DNA of 64,000 bases from Vitrella brassicaformis CCMP3155 (lineage: Eukaryota > Protista > Chromerida). Under the pieces are notes generated by a model. That model did not search any database. It saw only the letters and a list, made by a program, of their open reading frames with translations, and was not told the origin of the DNA. The position numbers and the translations under genes are program-made. Positions 61,344 through 64,000 of the stretch are shown one piece after another. The DNA lies in the NCBI GenBank assembly GCA_001179505.1, contig CDMY01000394.1, forward strand, positions 24,465 through 88,464, written 5' to 3'. Position 1 is the first letter of the stretch; each line of letters begins with the position of its first letter.

Positions 61344-61678
61344 ATTGGCACTGATCAAGCACCGAAAGAGTAGGAAAGAGGCAGGTTGATCATGAGCAAG
61401 GAAGAGGGCTGATTAATATGTTGGCTCACGTGAAGGCTTTGAGATCGCAAAGAGGCGGAGAGGGAGGGATCAAAAAGATGCGCACGAGAGTTGTCTTCGT
61501 ATGTGTCTTTCCTTCTTCGGGTCTCCTGCACCATCAGGGACTCACAGACCAAGGCAAGCGTCTTTGTCAATAGGTCTTGGTGGTCGAAACTGGCTGCGAG
61601 TCACGAAAATTGATGTCTAACAGCGGTCGAAAACTGGCTGCGAGGTTGCGTGTGATGCACACACACACACGCGCGTAA

Positions 61679-61709
<31 letters not shown>

Positions 61710-62301
61710 GCTGGCTGAGAAATAGACGCCAGACAGATGCATGGATGCATTCATTGCATACACGGCCGGCCGAGACACACACGCACACACACTCGCACAC
61801 ACAGGGTACGCACACCACACACAAGTCATCAAATCGCTATCAACAAGACACGACATTAACATCCATCCATTCAGCCGTCGGTCCAGAAACACGGATCGAC
61901 CAACCACATCACAAGAGCGTAACGACAAACATCACATGTCGATGAGCCAAAATCAGCTGACACAAAGCAGCTGAGAGGCATGCAACTACATACCCCTAGA
62001 CTACAAAACTCAAACGCGCACACATCCAACATGCGTCCACACCCCACACCGCACCCACATATGTGCATCCGACATCCCGCGGCCCTCTTTGCCACTTGCA
62101 CACGTCCGTACGCGCCAAACGAGCACACTCATGTAATTCCTCTCATGTACTTATCGCATAGAAACCCGTATGCGACATCGTCTGGCTTTCGACTACCTTG
62201 GAACCAGACGGTTCACCCCAATTGGGCCATCATACGACTGATGGCCCTCCCTAATATCACCACACACACAAAACAAATGACGGCCTCCATTTATTCCATC
62301 C

Positions 62302-63536
62302 TCATTTCCCGCTCACCCTCACCTTTTGAGTATCGGTCGATAATTCACCCTTGCAACGCACATACATGCGCCACGCGAACGACCCGACTCGACATAAAAC
62401 CGTCACAAGAGTGAAGAAGGCAGACGCGATGCAGACTGCCGGATTGATGGACTCCGTCAACCAGACGACCGTCAGCACGAAAATGGGCACTTCCACCAGG
62501 GCAAGGGCCGCAATGCGCGTGTGTTGGCATACTGATGGAGTGCCGCGGATGGCATAGTGAACGAAGAGCGACACAACATCCGCCCACGCCAACCCACGGA
62601 TGACGAAGCTGACGCTTGCATTAGTCATTTCCGCCCCCACCGCTGCGTCAGTGACAAAGTCGATTGCCATACCCACGACGGCCAGCAGCTTGTACAGACG
62701 AATGAAGGTGAGGTAATCCATCGGTCTGAGCCACCGCTTGATCACCAAGCGGTAGAGGAGGGGCTGTGTCTGCCGAGCCTTGGCTATGCGCTCGCCCAGC
62801 GGAGAGTGTCTCCAGGTTGCCCTGCGACCGCAGCATGAAAGACGGTTACGATCGACATCGAGGTGCCTTTCGCCCGTCGGTTCGATCGATGCACGGACGA
62901 CGCGCGGCTCCGAGATGACGATAAGAAGGATGAACTGCAGAAGGGCCGCACCAGCCACCCACGTCAGTCCGCCAAATCGGTTGCGATACGTCAGCCCGGG
63001 AGCATAGGGGTCGACATGCATCGGCCGCCCCGCGGCGGCACATAACAAATCAAAAAGAAGATAGACCAGAACATGACCATGCTGAGAATCACCGACAAAT
63101 AGATGATGCATTGAATGCCACACTAAAGAGGCGGTGCACAGAGACTCCCTAAACCAACGAGGAATATGAGAAACGGCGGTCCAACCACAAAAATAGCGGC
63201 CCAAACCCCACCCCACCAGGGCCACCGCAACCCGATTAAGAAACCGCCACCCCACCAGTAGAGCGCATCGAGCGCGATCAGGCCGAAGATGAGAGAGAAA
63301 TGCCTCAGAGGATAATCCGTCAGCCACACGGTCATACAGCCAATCCGCAGCACCAGAAAGCCCCACAGATCACCCGCCGCAGGTTCCGTGCTACACACGT
63401 CTGAGAGCCGAGTGCCGCCTTCGCCATTTCCTTCAGCCTCCGTTGAGAGATCCGCCTCAGATGATGATTGTCTGAGGACGTCTAGGGGATCAGCTGTGGT
63501 AGGAGGAGCGACTCTGACGAATATGGGCTTCTTCAT
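62302..63536 (-). CDS. Multi-pass membrane protein with interrupted reading frame (atypical introns or pseudogene)
   Basis: Several hydrophobic segments (FSLIFGLIALDALY, VWAAIFVVGPPFLIFL, FILLIVIS, LLAVVGMAIDFV, LALVEVPIFVLTVVWL, IASAFFTLVTVL) lie in two frames, with an in-frame TAG at 63125-63123. Confidence 0.55.
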
Positions 63537-64000
63537 GGTTTGGGCTGTTGTCCTCAGGCAGTGCAGATGTGCTGGACTGGCTGTTGTCGTGAGCAGATGA
63601 CATGCCGAGATGGGGGAAGCAACGGATTGGCAGATGCTTGCCACAGGGATTAGAGGGAGCCGAGAGGGGATGATGGGAGGGCGAAACGACGGCCGGAGGG
63701 GATGGCTTGAGAAGGCCGCTGGCAGATCCGCATTGGACGGGAGCTGCATCGCGACGGAGGTCATTATCCTGCTTCACTTCAGCAGCAGCTACACCAAATC
63801 ACCGCTCTCACTGTGCGAAAAGGCCGGTGAGGACCTTTCCTGTAGTTAGCTCAATAGAGGATCTGCTGGGCGGTAAGTCCCAGAGTAAGAGTGCTTTTAC
63901 TTTAATAAGACCGATGGACTGGCCAATCAGTCAAAGTTGTTTCTGTCCATGTATGGCATCATGAAGGGTGGTCAACACAGATCTCACTTCGGTGATGGCT

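Noticed and set aside
1-64000. tRNA, rRNA, snRNA, CRISPR array, telomeric repeat, transposase or reverse transcriptase
   Set aside because: No T-loop/cloverleaf, rRNA or U-snRNA signature, repeat-spacer array, or RT/DDE motif was recognised by eye; a covariance-model scan could still find diverged RNAs.

Overview
This is eukaryotic nuclear DNA: GC-rich, very intron-dense, with introns and intergenic DNA full of (CA/GT)n, (GGAT)n, (GACA)n and (GCAG)n microsatellites. There are three 300-N assembly gaps. That style, plus a phytoene synthase with a signal-plus-transit leader and an alveolate-type KH protein, points to a photosynthetic chromerid alveolate, most likely Vitrella brassicaformis (inference, not a database result). 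Manual splicing gives about 19 protein-coding genes. Recognisable ones: FANCL (3' part), TTC38, an ankyrin/F-box protein with a plant At2g32560-type C-terminal domain, a DPP IV-family (S9B) peptidase, phytoene synthase, a voltage-sensor-only 4-TM protein, a NAPE-PLD-like metallo-beta-lactamase, PIG-B, GCP5, an RRM+KH protein, an EF-hand protein and a GT25-like glycosyltransferase. The rest are orphans: a mitochondrion-targeted protein, a secreted/plastid beta-strand-rich protein, a long coiled-coil protein and a multi-pass membrane protein. No rRNA, tRNA, CRISPR array or transposase was seen. Best leads: an 89-nt bulge-free pre-miRNA-like hairpin in a 5-kb gene-free gap; 5'-AC...GT-3' self-complementary introns; a VSD-only protein lacking Hv1 signatures; a candidate plastid beta-barrel; frequent GC-AG introns; tightly packed head-to-head gene pairs; and a 26-bp duplication that creates a uORF over a start codon. 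All exon boundaries were read by eye and some are uncertain.
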